DNA from: an uncultured Methanomicrobiales archaeon
Lineage (GTDB): Archaea > Halobacteriota > Methanomicrobia > Methanomicrobiales > JACTUA01
NCBI GenBank assembly: GCA_964551875.1
Contig: CAZKEV010000004.1
Coordinates: 3,398-67,397 of the forward strand
Direction of reading: 5' to 3'
Length of the DNA stretch: 64,000 nucleotides
Part shown: positions 1 through 9,008 of the stretch, piece by piece
Numbering within the stretch: the first letter of the stretch is position 1
Layout: every line of letters begins with the position of its first letter
Position numbers and translations under genes: made by a program
Notes under the pieces: generated by a model
What the model saw: only the letters and a program-made list of their open reading frames with translations
What the model was told of the DNA's origin: nothing
Databases searched by the model: none

Positions 1-968
1 TCGCCTGGCCCCATGACCCCGAGACCTTCGGGGATATCCCCGCCGTCGAAGAGGCCTATCTCGGGATCATCTCCGCCCTTGCGCCGTATGAGAAGGTGAA
101 CCTCCTTGTCCACGACAGAGCGATGGAGGTGAAGGTGAAGAGCCTGCTCACAGGTGCAGGGATTGATCCTGGGCGCGTGAGCCTCTCTCCCTTCGACTAC
201 GCCGATGTCTGGTTCCGCGATTACGGGCCGACCTTCGTCGTGAACCATCGGGATCATACGCTCGGCATGGTTGCCTGGGATTTCAATGCCTGGGGCGACA
301 AGTACCCCGGTCTCGTCAGGGACGGCCGGATCCCGTCGTGCCTGAACAGCCGGCTCCGCCTCCCCCTCTTCAGGCCGGGGATAGTCCTCGAAGGCGGGTC
401 CATCGATGTAAACGGGAGAGGGGCGGTCCTCGCCACAGAGCAGTGCCTGGAGAACCCCAACCGCAACCCGGAGCTTTCGAAAGGGGAGGTGGAATCCTAT
501 CTCCGCGAGTACCTGGGCGCATCCACGGTCATCTGGCTGAAGGGCGGGATCGCGGGGGACGACACCGATGGCCATATCGATGACGTTGCGCGGTTTGTGA
601 ACCCCTCGACGGTGGTCTATGCAAGGGAAGAGGAGGAGGGGGATGAGAATTACCGTGTCCTCAGGGAGAACGAGAGCATCCTCCGGAAGGCGCGGGACCA
701 GGACGGGAATCCTCTCACTATCATTCCCCTCCCTATGCCCGGGCGGCTGGGAGAGGGCACAAGGCTCCCCGCGAGTTACCTGAACTTCTTCATCGGGAAC
801 CGCGTGGTCCTTGTCCCGGTCTTCTCGGACCCGAACGACGAAAAGGCCCTGGGGATACTCAGGAAGGTCTTCCCCGAAAGAGAAGTGACAGGCATCGACT
901 GCCGTGCCCTCGTCGAGGGGCTGGGGGCCATCCACTGCATCACGCAGCAGCAGCCGCGGGCAGGGTGA
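1..968 (+). CDS. agmatine deiminase / Porphyromonas-type peptidylarginine deiminase family protein (5' end outside window)
   Basis: ORF 96..968 stays open in the same frame back to nt 3 (AWPHDPETFGDIPAVEEAYLGII...). Family-typical motifs DVWFRDYGP, GGSIDVNG, GDDTDGHIDD and C-terminal GAIHCITQQQP with the catalytic Cys. Confidence 0.8.
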   Translation, partial: AWPHDPETFGDIPAVEEAYLGIISALAPYEKVNLLVHDRAMEVKVKSLLTGAGIDPGRVSLSPFDYADVWFRDYGPTFVVNHRDHTLGMVAWDFNAWGDKYPGLVRDGRIPSCLNSRLRLPLFRPGIVLEGGSIDVNGRGAVLATEQCLENPNRNPELSKGEVESYLREYLGASTVIWLKGGIAGDDTDGHIDDVARFVNPSTVVYAREEEEGDENYRVLRENESILRKARDQDGNPLTIIPLPMPGRLGEGTRLPASYLNFFIGNRVVLVPVFSDPNDEKALGILRKVFPEREVTGIDCRALVEGLGAIHCITQQQPRAG

Positions 969-1018
969 TTCCCTCAGGAAGACCCGCGGGTGCTACAGCC
1001 TCGTCTGCGCCTGCTCCC

Positions 1019-2557
1019 TCATGTACGAGAGGAGGTAGTACGGCCCTCCCACCCCCTTTCCCGTCGAACCGCTCGCCTTCCACCCCCCGAATGACTGGTG
1101 CCCGCCCATGCGCCGGTCGTTGCACCCCCCCGCCGGTTGGAGTAGCAGACCCCGAACCGTATCTCATCGAAGAAAGCCCCGACCTCAGCCTCATCCTCTG
1201 AGAAGATCCCTGCCGTGAGACCGTACTCGGTATCATTGGCCTTTTCGAGGGCTTCCCCGAGGGTGGAGAAGGTCCCGATGATGAGGAAGGGGACAAAGAG
1301 CTCCCTCTTTTCCAGGGGATGGCCGGGGGGAAGCCCGGATACCAGGGTGGGTTCCACGTAATTCCCGCTCGAGAATGCACCCTCCTCGCGCACATTCCCG
1401 CCTGTGATCACCGTCCCACCGTCCTTCCTGCAGAGGGCCACCGCTTCGGTGAATGCCTTCTTCGCCTTCCCATCGATGACGGGCCCGATGAAGGTATCCC
1501 GTTCCCGGGGATCGCCGATCCTGAGGGCTTCGGTCCTCGCCCGCAGGGATTCCATGAACTCCTCTGCGACCGGCTCCTGGACGTACACCCTCGATGTGGC
1601 GCTGCACTTCTGGCCGGAGTACCCGAATGCACCCCTGGCAACCCCCTCAACCGCCTTCTCAAGGTCTGCCTTCTCCGTGACGATGACCGGGTTCTTGCTC
1701 CCCATCTCCGCGATGAGGGGCTTGGGATAGGGCTGCCTCGCTGAGAAGTTCCGGAGAAGCCACATGCCCGCATCCCGCGAACCGGTGAAGGCGATACCGT
1801 CGAGATCCGGGCTGGAGACCGCCGCCTGGCCGAAAGGGCCGCCCGGCCCGGTCACGTAGTTGATGGCCCCGACCGGAACCCCGCTGCCGGTGAAGGCACG
1901 GTAGAGCGAAAGGCCCGTGAGGGGGGCCGCGCTCGTGGGTTTCAGGACAACAGTGTTCCCCGTGAGGAGCGCTGCAGATGCCATCCCTGCCGCGAGGTCG
2001 AGAGGAAAGTTGAACGGGGAGATCACCGCCCAGGCGCCGTAGGGCTTCATCACGCTTGACCCCCGTGCCCCGGGTGCCTCGGGTTCCATGGGTACCGTGT
2101 ATCCCTGGTTCTTCGCGTACAGGTCTGCGTTGTACCTGAGCATGTCGATGGCCTCCCCCACCTCGGCGACAGCTTCGAACCGGTTCTTTCCGACCTCGTA
2201 CGTGATCAGGGCTGCAAGGAGATACCTGTCGGCTAGAAGCCGATCCGCTGTCTTCCTGATGATCGCCGTCCGCTCTCTCCAGCCCCTCCGGCTCCACTCC
2301 GGAAATGCCTCCTTTGCCTCCCGGAATGCTCTCCTGGCCTCGTCCTCTCCGCCAGTCTGGAAAGAACCGATGAGGATATCCCGGTCGATGGGTGACCTGA
2401 CCTCGAACTCCCTCCCGGTAGAGACCTCCCGCCTGCCGATGAGGATGGGATGGCTCTGCCCGAGCTCGCCGGAAGCCTTCCCGAGGGCGTCTTCATACGC
2501 CTGGTGGAGGGTGGGGTCGCCCTCCATGGATACATACGTGACCTTCTCCTCTGTCAT
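1019..2557 (-). CDS. aldehyde dehydrogenase family, 1-pyrroline-5-carboxylate (glutamate semialdehyde) dehydrogenase-like; apparent 1-nt frameshift near the 3' end
   Basis: 512-aa ORF with ALDH motifs (ISPFNFPL, VVLKPTS, FTGS, EMGSKNP, GQKCSA). The conserved C-terminus HQSFGGWKASGSTGKGVGGPYYLLSYMREQAQTRL* is readable in another frame and ends at 993. Confidence 0.8.
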   Translation of the reverse strand: MTEEKVTYVSMEGDPTLHQAYEDALGKASGELGQSHPILIGRREVSTGREFEVRSPIDRDILIGSFQTGGEDEARRAFREAKEAFPEWSRRGWRERTAIIRKTADRLLADRYLLAALITYEVGKNRFEAVAEVGEAIDMLRYNADLYAKNQGYTVPMEPEAPGARGSSVMKPYGAWAVISPFNFPLDLAAGMASAALLTGNTVVLKPTSAAPLTGLSLYRAFTGSGVPVGAINYVTGPGGPFGQAAVSSPDLDGIAFTGSRDAGMWLLRNFSARQPYPKPLIAEMGSKNPVIVTEKADLEKAVEGVARGAFGYSGQKCSATSRVYVQEPVAEEFMESLRARTEALRIGDPRERDTFIGPVIDGKAKKAFTEAVALCRKDGGTVITGGNVREEGAFSSGNYVEPTLVSGLPPGHPLEKRELFVPFLIIGTFSTLGEALEKANDTEYGLTAGIFSEDEAEVGAFFDEIRFGVCYSNRRGGATTGAWAGTSHSGGGRRAVRRERGWEGRTTSSRT

Positions 2558-2725
2558 GATCTTCAGCTCCTTCCAGGTCAGGTAGCCCGGACACCTCCCC
2601 GTGACCTCTCCAGGTCACCGCCAAAGGGATTGACTCGCCTGATTCGTTGCCATCCTCCGCTGGCGGCCTGCATCCATCCATCTCAACAGGAGATCACCAT
2701 CTCCAGGTCCTTCCAGGATTCACTT

Positions 2726-3577
2726 TCATTCCGGACCGGCAACCTTCTCGAGATACCCCCAGAGCCGGTCCTGGATATCGCGATCATGGGAGGTCCTGGA
2801 TGAACGCTCCTCCTTCATCCCGTCGAAGTACTTCCCGGTCACTCCGGCAACCCTCGGGGATGTTGCAAGGTAAACCGGAGTCCGGGCCCCGGTGTCGGGA
2901 GGCTCGCAGGGGTAGTCCGGGAAGGCTGAATACAGGAGCTTCGTGCAGATCACACCGGGATGCAGGCAGTTCACCGTCACCTGCCCGGGATCGAGCCTTC
3001 GGGCAAGGGAATAGGTGAAGAGGATCACTCCGAGTTTCGAACGGGAGTATGCCCCCCACCCGTCGTACTGCTTCTCACCCTGGAGGTTGTCCCAATCCAG
3101 CGTGTTTGCATCGAAGTGGGCGCTGGATGCGATGTTCACGATCCGGGCGGGTGCATCCGCCTCCAGGAGCGGCATGAGGAGGTGCGAGAGGAGAAAGGGG
3201 GCTGCGAGGTTCACGGCGAAGGTCAACTCGAGCCCGTCCCCGGTGAGGACCCGGCCAGGCAGGTAGACACCGGCGTTGTTGATCAGGACGTCGAGCCGGT
3301 CATACCTTTCTGTCACGCTGGCGGCGAGGCTGCGGATGCCCTTCAGGGATGAGAGATCCGCCGTAAAGAGGTCGAGGGCTGCGCCCCCGGTCTCCTTCCC
3401 GATCTCCCGGAGAACTGCACGGCCCTTCTCGCGGTCCCTCCCGTGGACGAGGACCCGGTGGCCCTGGCGGGCGAGGGCTTTGGCCGTGGCCTTGCCGATG
3501 CCATCTGTGGAGCCGGTGACGAGGATGGTTCTCGTTATAGGGAGGGAGGCATCGGCAAGCGAATGTACCAGGGTCAT
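2726..3577 (-). CDS. short-chain dehydrogenase/reductase (SDR) family oxidoreductase
   Basis: TGSTDGIGKATA (TGxxxGxG NAD(P) site), NNAG, and YSRSK (YxxxK catalytic motif). Confidence 0.85.
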   Translation of the reverse strand: MTLVHSLADASLPITRTILVTGSTDGIGKATAKALARQGHRVLVHGRDREKGRAVLREIGKETGGAALDLFTADLSSLKGIRSLAASVTERYDRLDVLINNAGVYLPGRVLTGDGLELTFAVNLAAPFLLSHLLMPLLEADAPARIVNIASSAHFDANTLDWDNLQGEKQYDGWGAYSRSKLGVILFTYSLARRLDPGQVTVNCLHPGVICTKLLYSAFPDYPCEPPDTGARTPVYLATSPRVAGVTGKYFDGMKEERSSRTSHDRDIQDRLWGYLEKVAGPE

Positions 3578-3780
3578 GCTCCTGACAGGGTCTTTCTCTC
3601 CTTTCTGGGGATATCGGGAGTTGGGGAGAAAAAGGTTTTCCCGGCCGGCGATTTTGAGGGCCTCTCACCGGAAGGATGCGGCCAGGAAGTGCCGGACCGT
3701 TGCTGTCACAAGAATTGATACGAAAGAGGATTCCCGGCAGGGGGGGTTTCCCCGGTCGGGTATTGGCCCGACGGGTCCGG

Positions 3781-4239
3781 TTAGAGCCCGGCAGCTGCCG
3801 TGGTCTCTCCGGAATTCACGGTCCCTGCCTGCCTGGAGCAGGCCTTCACGGACTCCCTCGCCTGCTCGCGGAACTGCTTCCAGAGCTTCACGATCTCCTG
3901 GTTCAATTCCTTGAGGGCGGTCCGGTCCTTGTTCGTCAGGGCATTGCCAAGCGCGGTCCGCTCGTTCCCGATGGCCGTGATGGTGGCAGCCAGGTCCGTC
4001 GTGGGGCACCCGTGGCTCCCGAGGACCGAGACGGCCTCGTTCGCTCCCTCGACCCGGGTGTCATAGACCTGGAGCCGGTACTTCCCGTACACGCCCCAGA
4101 GGTCGTTCTTCAGTCCAGAATCGATCTTTCCTGCCTTCCCGAGCCCGTTCCCGTCCGCCTGCGCGGCCGATGCCGGGAGGGCGATGGCGGCGACGAGGAC
4201 GAAGCCCAGGATGGCCACTGCGATGGTGTTCCTTGACAT
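3781..4239 (-). CDS. secreted hypothetical protein
   Basis: 152-aa ORF with an N-terminal hydrophobic signal-like segment (IAVAILGFVLVAAIALPASAAQA). No recognisable catalytic motif. Confidence 0.5.
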   Translation of the reverse strand: MSRNTIAVAILGFVLVAAIALPASAAQADGNGLGKAGKIDSGLKNDLWGVYGKYRLQVYDTRVEGANEAVSVLGSHGCPTTDLAATITAIGNERTALGNALTNKDRTALKELNQEIVKLWKQFREQARESVKACSRQAGTVNSGETTAAAGL

Positions 4240-4400
4240 GTTTTTTCTCTCCTGTTTCTCTTCTTCGGGTGTATTTTACCCTTGAATACAGGATTGAGGG
4301 CCTGAGCATATGTATTCCTCAAATAGGTCCGGTTCAGGAGTGGGAAGGGGCGGTTGATTCATTGAACCTGATGGTTCGATACCCTGCCGGATTTCCCGCC

Positions 4401-5078
4401 TCAGCGCATGTGGCTCCCGTCGCAGAAGGGCTTGTTCGCCGACCGCCCGCACCGGCAGAGGGTCACCCGGTTTCGGACCTCGTAGGAAAACCCGTCTGCC
4501 GCGATGACCGGGATGCCGCCCCTGACCCAGAGGGGGCCGGTCATCCCCTCTCCCGGGCCCTCCACGAGGCCGATGGACTTCTCGAAGACCGGCTCGATGG
4601 ATTTCCCTGTCTTCCGGTCCCAGACCACGAGCCGGCCCGAGTGGCAGTTCGCAGCCATATCGAGCGCGATCCTCTTCGCTTCCTCGTCACCGGACTCGAT
4701 GAGGTCCCATATCCCCTTCCCCCGGATGCAGAACCGGGCATGGGAGCAGAATCCGGGAGCATCGGAAAGCCTGATATCCCTTCCTTCGGTCCACCCGGCC
4801 CGGTCCGGGTACGGCACCCGGCTGGCCGTCTCGGTGCCGTCGAAGTGGTTCTTCAGATGCGTCCCGTCGCAGAAGGGCCTGTCCCCCGATCCCCCGCACC
4901 GGCAGAGGGCATAGGTCTCCTGAACGGGGACCTGGTCGCCCTCCTTCCACTTTACGGAGTTCCCCTTCCTGTCGCAGACGAGGACCTGTTTTAAGAGCGG
5001 GATACCTCCGGTGACCCTATACGGCCCGTTCTTCGTCACGCGGATCCGTTCTTTCTCTTTTTCCCCTGCACCTGGCAT
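4401..5078 (-). CDS. CDGSH iron-sulfur domain-containing protein (two CDGSH motifs)
   Basis: CRCGGSGDRPFCDGTH and CRCGRSANKPFCDGSH signatures in a 225-aa ORF. Confidence 0.8.
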   Translation of the reverse strand: MPGAGEKEKERIRVTKNGPYRVTGGIPLLKQVLVCDRKGNSVKWKEGDQVPVQETYALCRCGGSGDRPFCDGTHLKNHFDGTETASRVPYPDRAGWTEGRDIRLSDAPGFCSHARFCIRGKGIWDLIESGDEEAKRIALDMAANCHSGRLVVWDRKTGKSIEPVFEKSIGLVEGPGEGMTGPLWVRGGIPVIAADGFSYEVRNRVTLCRCGRSANKPFCDGSHMR

Positions 5079-5786
5079 GCTTCTCCCCCAAAAAATGCAG
5101 GATCATAGTATTTGAGCCCCCCCTCCATTCAGCCTGTCTCATCAATTCCAGGGTGCCGGGAATATTTTCCTTTCGATCATTTTCCGTATGTCCAGAGGGC
5201 AACGGAATAAATCCCGACCTGGACTTTTATTGTCAGCGGGCGAACAGTCCGGTATCCTTTTCCGGTGGTACCATTACTCCCGTCCACACGTCCTTCGGCG
5301 GTGCATATTCTTCAAAAATCGGCGTCTCACCGCAGATCCCGCGACACGCCTCTCCCCGGGGCATTCTCTTACGAGGGAAGCGGCGAAACGGCCGGCCCAT
5401 CCATCAATTCAACCGTGTACCGGTGGGGATACCCGCTCTTCTTGAAGGCCTGCGTCTCGGAGATGAAGAACCCGTACCTGCTCTTCCGGATATGGTTTCT
5501 CTGCAGAAACATCAGTAATGCGCTGATGGAAGAGGACCATGTGCCTGGCACCTGAAGAGAGCATGCAATTTCCCGGGCGGTTCCATGAGCACGGGTGATA
5601 TGTTGCCTGAGCATGTGATTGCAGATGAGTTGTGCAGTTTCGTATCGCTTATTGCCGGCCACCGAGATTCCCCCACTTATCCATTTCTTTGCCTGTCTTC
5701 CTGTATGTAGAGGCTCGCCCGGGGGATATACCTGCGCATGTGAGGTTTTTTATCAAAAAAATGGATTAAACCGGTTTTTTCCCCAT

Positions 5787-5930
5787 TCATTCACCAATAG
5801 TGCCATCGGCGAGCCCCGCGATCGCACACTCCTCGCACTCGCGACCTGCGGCCTCCCATTCCTCGTCCGAGAACTCGTCGTCGGTGAGAAGGCCGCAATA
5901 TTCACAGATCCGCCTGCATCTCCGGGGCAT
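5787..5930 (-). CDS. possible small zinc-ribbon-like protein (47 aa, below ORF-track cutoff)
   Basis: Hand translation: MPRRCRRICEYCGLLTDDEFSDEEWEAAGRECEECAIAGLADGTIGE*. Two CxxC pairs. No other support. Confidence 0.3.
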   Translation of the reverse strand: MPRRCRRICEYCGLLTDDEFSDEEWEAAGRECEECAIAGLADGTIGE

Positions 5931-6017
5931 CGCTCCTCCAAACCATGGTTCCCGGAGAGCCTGTATACGGTTCCTCCACGATAATCATTTCATCGCAGAA
6001 CAGGAGTTCACCCGCCC

Positions 6018-7646
6018 ATGGGATCTCCGCGAGGCAAACTCTTTTCCCCCTTCCCGTTGAGAGGCACTGATCAGGAACGTGGTCCCTTGCCCCTCGGCAT
6101 CACCGTGTACGACGGCGCGAACTGCATCGGCGGGAACAAGATCTACCTGGACAACGGGAAGGACGGGATCTTCCTCGACTTCGGCAAGAACTTCGGGAAG
6201 TATGCGCGGTTCTACGAGGAGTTCCTGAAGAGCCGGACCACCCGAGGGATCCACGACCTCCTCACACTCGGCCTCATCCCGAAACTGAATATCTACCGCC
6301 GAGATCTCATTCCGCAGGATATCTCCCTCGACGGGTACCCGTCCCTGCCCGTCTCCGCCGTGCTCCTCTCCCACGCCCACTTGGACCACTGCGGGAACAT
6401 CGGCCTCCTCGAACAGACCGTTCCCGTATTCTCTACGCCGATGACCGCCGTCATCCTGAAGGGTTACCAGGATGCGGGCAAATCGACGACCGAAGCCGAC
6501 GTCGCTTACACCTCGGAGCGGAAACCGAACGCCGACGACCCCCTGTACATCGAATCGGACCGGGGAAAGTGTTACCTGGGGAAGCAGTTCTGCCTCACGT
6601 CGGAGCCTCCGGAGAAGTTCCTGGAGTTCCTCTCCTGGAGGCCCGGGCAGGACGGGAAGAACGCGAAGAAGCTGGAACCGGGCTGCTGCTGCACCATGCA
6701 TAATCACCCTCTCCCCTTCCAAGTCACAGCCTGCGAGGTGGATCATTCCCTGTATGGTGCCTGCGGCTTTCTCATCGAAGGGGAGAGGACCGTCGCTTAT
6801 ACCGGCGACTTCCGTCTCCATGGCCGGAACGAGGCAAAGACCTGGGAGTTTGTCCGGCGGGCGAAGGGAGCGGATGTGCTCATCACCGAGGGGACCCGGG
6901 TAAAGGATGCCGGCCCGGAGGACGGGAGCAGGGTCACTGAGGAATCTGTGTGCGAGACATGCCGGGGAGCCGTGGAGGAGTCTTCCGACCTGGTGATCGC
7001 CGACTTCTCTGCCCGGAACTTCGAGAGGCTGGAGGCCTTCCGGGAGATCGCGGCGAAGACCGGCCGGGAGCTCGTGGTGACGGCCCGGGACCTGTACATG
7101 CTCTACGCCCTTTTCACTGTCGATGGAGTGAAGCGGTGGGAGGGGGTCCGGGTCTATGACGAGATCGTCGACCACCGGAAGCGGAAGTGGGAGGCGGAGC
7201 TCGTGATCCCGCTCGCCGGCGAATGGTATGTCACGCACGAGGCCATCCAGAAGGATCCCGGCCGGTTCATCCTCTGCTTCTCCTTCTTTGACATGAACCA
7301 CCTCCTGGATATCAAGCCCCCCGGCGGGAGCTACCTCTACTCCTCCTGCGAGCCCTTCAACGAGGAGATGGAGATCGACTTCCGCCGGCTCTGGGAGTGG
7401 CTGAACTTCTTCGGGATCTCACCATGCGGGTTCTCGATGGAGAAGGATGCGGCCGGAGATGTGGTACCTGTCATGGATAAGCACTACCATGCATCGGGAC
7501 ATGCATCGGGAGCGGACGTGGCCTGGGCGATCGACGAGATCGACCCAGGGGTGATTATCCCGGTGCATACCGAGCATCCGGAGTGGTTCACGGAAAACTT
7601 TGACGGGGTGCTGGTGCCGACGGAAGGGGTGAGGTATACATTATAA
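6018..7646 (+). CDS. metallo-beta-lactamase fold hydrolase, RNase J / beta-CASP-like
   Basis: HAHLDHCG (HxHxDH), then YHASGHASGAD....IIPVHTEH, resembling the RNase J motifs HxSGHA and IPVHGE. Confidence 0.65.
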   Translation: MGSPRGKLFSPFPLRGTDQERGPLPLGITVYDGANCIGGNKIYLDNGKDGIFLDFGKNFGKYARFYEEFLKSRTTRGIHDLLTLGLIPKLNIYRRDLIPQDISLDGYPSLPVSAVLLSHAHLDHCGNIGLLEQTVPVFSTPMTAVILKGYQDAGKSTTEADVAYTSERKPNADDPLYIESDRGKCYLGKQFCLTSEPPEKFLEFLSWRPGQDGKNAKKLEPGCCCTMHNHPLPFQVTACEVDHSLYGACGFLIEGERTVAYTGDFRLHGRNEAKTWEFVRRAKGADVLITEGTRVKDAGPEDGSRVTEESVCETCRGAVEESSDLVIADFSARNFERLEAFREIAAKTGRELVVTARDLYMLYALFTVDGVKRWEGVRVYDEIVDHRKRKWEAELVIPLAGEWYVTHEAIQKDPGRFILCFSFFDMNHLLDIKPPGGSYLYSSCEPFNEEMEIDFRRLWEWLNFFGISPCGFSMEKDAAGDVVPVMDKHYHASGHASGADVAWAIDEIDPGVIIPVHTEHPEWFTENFDGVLVPTEGVRYTL

Positions 7647-7699
7647 CGAACCCGGTAAGCGATCACTCTCTTTGAGAATACACAATCCTCGACGAAAAT

Positions 7700-8377
7700 A
7701 TGAACAACCTCACAAGACAGGCATTCCTCGGGCTCGGGCAGCTCCTTGTCATCCTTGCCTTCTTGCTTTTCTTGCCGGCATGGTCGCTCGCCTACTGGGA
7801 AGGATGGCTCTTTTTACTGGTATTCTTCCTGTCGGTGCTCGTGATCACGGTCTATTTTTTAAAGAAGGATCCAAAACTCATCGAGAACCGGCTCTGGGCA
7901 GGGCCTGTCGCCGAGAAGGAAAAAAGCCAGAAAATGATCCAGGCGCTTGCCGGCATCTTTTTCGTTCTCGTCTTCATCGTCTCAGGCACCGACCATCGCT
8001 TGAGCTGGTCGAAGGTCCCGCCCCATCTCGTGATCGCCGGGAACATCCTGGTTATCCTGGGACTGTATATCGTGTTTCTCGTTTTCCGGGAGAACAGTTA
8101 CACCTCCGGCGTCATCGAGGTGGGGAAAGATCAGAAGGTGATCTCAACCGGCCCCTATGCGGTTGTCCGTCATCCCATGTACGCGGGAGCCTGCATCATG
8201 CTCCTGGGCGTTCCCCTTGCCCTTGGTTCATGGTGGGCGTTCGTTTTCATCTTCCTCCTCTTTGCCGCGATCGTGTGGAGACTTCTTGATGAGGAGAAAT
8301 TCCTCTCGAAAAACCTGCCGGGATATAGAGAATACTGCGAGAATACCCGCTACCGGTTGATTCCGTTTGTCTGGTAG
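7700..8377 (+). CDS. isoprenylcysteine carboxyl methyltransferase (ICMT) / phospholipid methyltransferase family membrane protein
   Basis: Multi-TM ORF with GPYAVVRHPMYAG and the C-terminal LPGYREYCENTRYRLIPFVW tail typical of the family. Confidence 0.75.
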   Translation: MNNLTRQAFLGLGQLLVILAFLLFLPAWSLAYWEGWLFLLVFFLSVLVITVYFLKKDPKLIENRLWAGPVAEKEKSQKMIQALAGIFFVLVFIVSGTDHRLSWSKVPPHLVIAGNILVILGLYIVFLVFRENSYTSGVIEVGKDQKVISTGPYAVVRHPMYAGACIMLLGVPLALGSWWAFVFIFLLFAAIVWRLLDEEKFLSKNLPGYREYCENTRYRLIPFVW

Positions 8378-8414
8378 AGATACCGACGGAATAAAAGGAC
8401 TCTGCCCCGCCACC

Positions 8415-8804
8415 TCATTCCAGCCTGCCGTAGGGGCCCTTCCAGGCATCCGCGAGCCGGGTAAATGCCGGATATCCCTTTTCCCTTATGAATTCAATCG
8501 ATTCCCGGTATTTCCGGTATTTGTACCCTTTTTTCGACTGGAAACCACGAATGATGTCACACCTCACATATTCCGGACAATCGGCGCAGGTTTCCAGCCG
8601 TTTTTCCCCGAAGCAGCACACCTTCATCGCACACTTCGCCTTTGAAATGTCCCGGTCCCCCTCCTCGTATCCCAGTTTACACCCCTTGCAGAGTCCTTCC
8701 CTCAATACGCCGCAGGTTTTGCAATACGCCCCGCAACACCCGATGAACCGGATGAATGATTCCCGGTTCGCCTTCGATGAACCTGCCATACGATTTCTCC
8801 CCAT
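8415..8804 (-). CDS. Cys-rich DUF3795-like protein
   Basis: GCCGAYCKTCG...CKGCK...CAMKVCC...CADCPEY cysteine pattern. I chose the internal Met (MGRNRMAGSS) at 8804 because the ORF-track N-terminal extension is low-complexity. Confidence 0.55.
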   Translation of the reverse strand: MGRNRMAGSSKANRESFIRFIGCCGAYCKTCGVLREGLCKGCKLGYEEGDRDISKAKCAMKVCCFGEKRLETCADCPEYVRCDIIRGFQSKKGYKYRKYRESIEFIREKGYPAFTRLADAWKGPYGRLE

Positions 8805-9008
8805 GAATGAAGGATCCAGAAGTCGTTGTGCAATTCTTATTAAGCGTATTAAGATAATTATCGAATATCTCTTTTGATGCGAAGGTCTCCGGGTTCTTAC
8901 GGGTGGTCCAGAGACCAAGCTCAAATAGGAGAACTGGGGTGGGGAATTGAAACCGGATTTGGCAGGGCCTTTACAAAACACCTGCCACCATTGCTCATCT
9001 CCCCTCTC

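Noticed and set aside
5100-5700. Possible degraded gene or IS remnant (track ORF 5369..5662, plus an adjoining frame reading MPRGEACRGICGETPIFEEYAPPKDVWTGVMVPPEKDTGLFAR)
   Set aside because: Two adjacent frames look vaguely protein-like, which suggests a frameshifted relic. I could not assign any family, so it is not reported as a feature.
5985-7301. 438-aa ORF antisense to the MBL/RNase J-like gene
   Set aside because: It is a shadow ORF typical of high-GC DNA. It is Arg/Pro/Gly/Leu-rich, has no motifs, and is fully overlapped by a gene with clear catalytic motifs.
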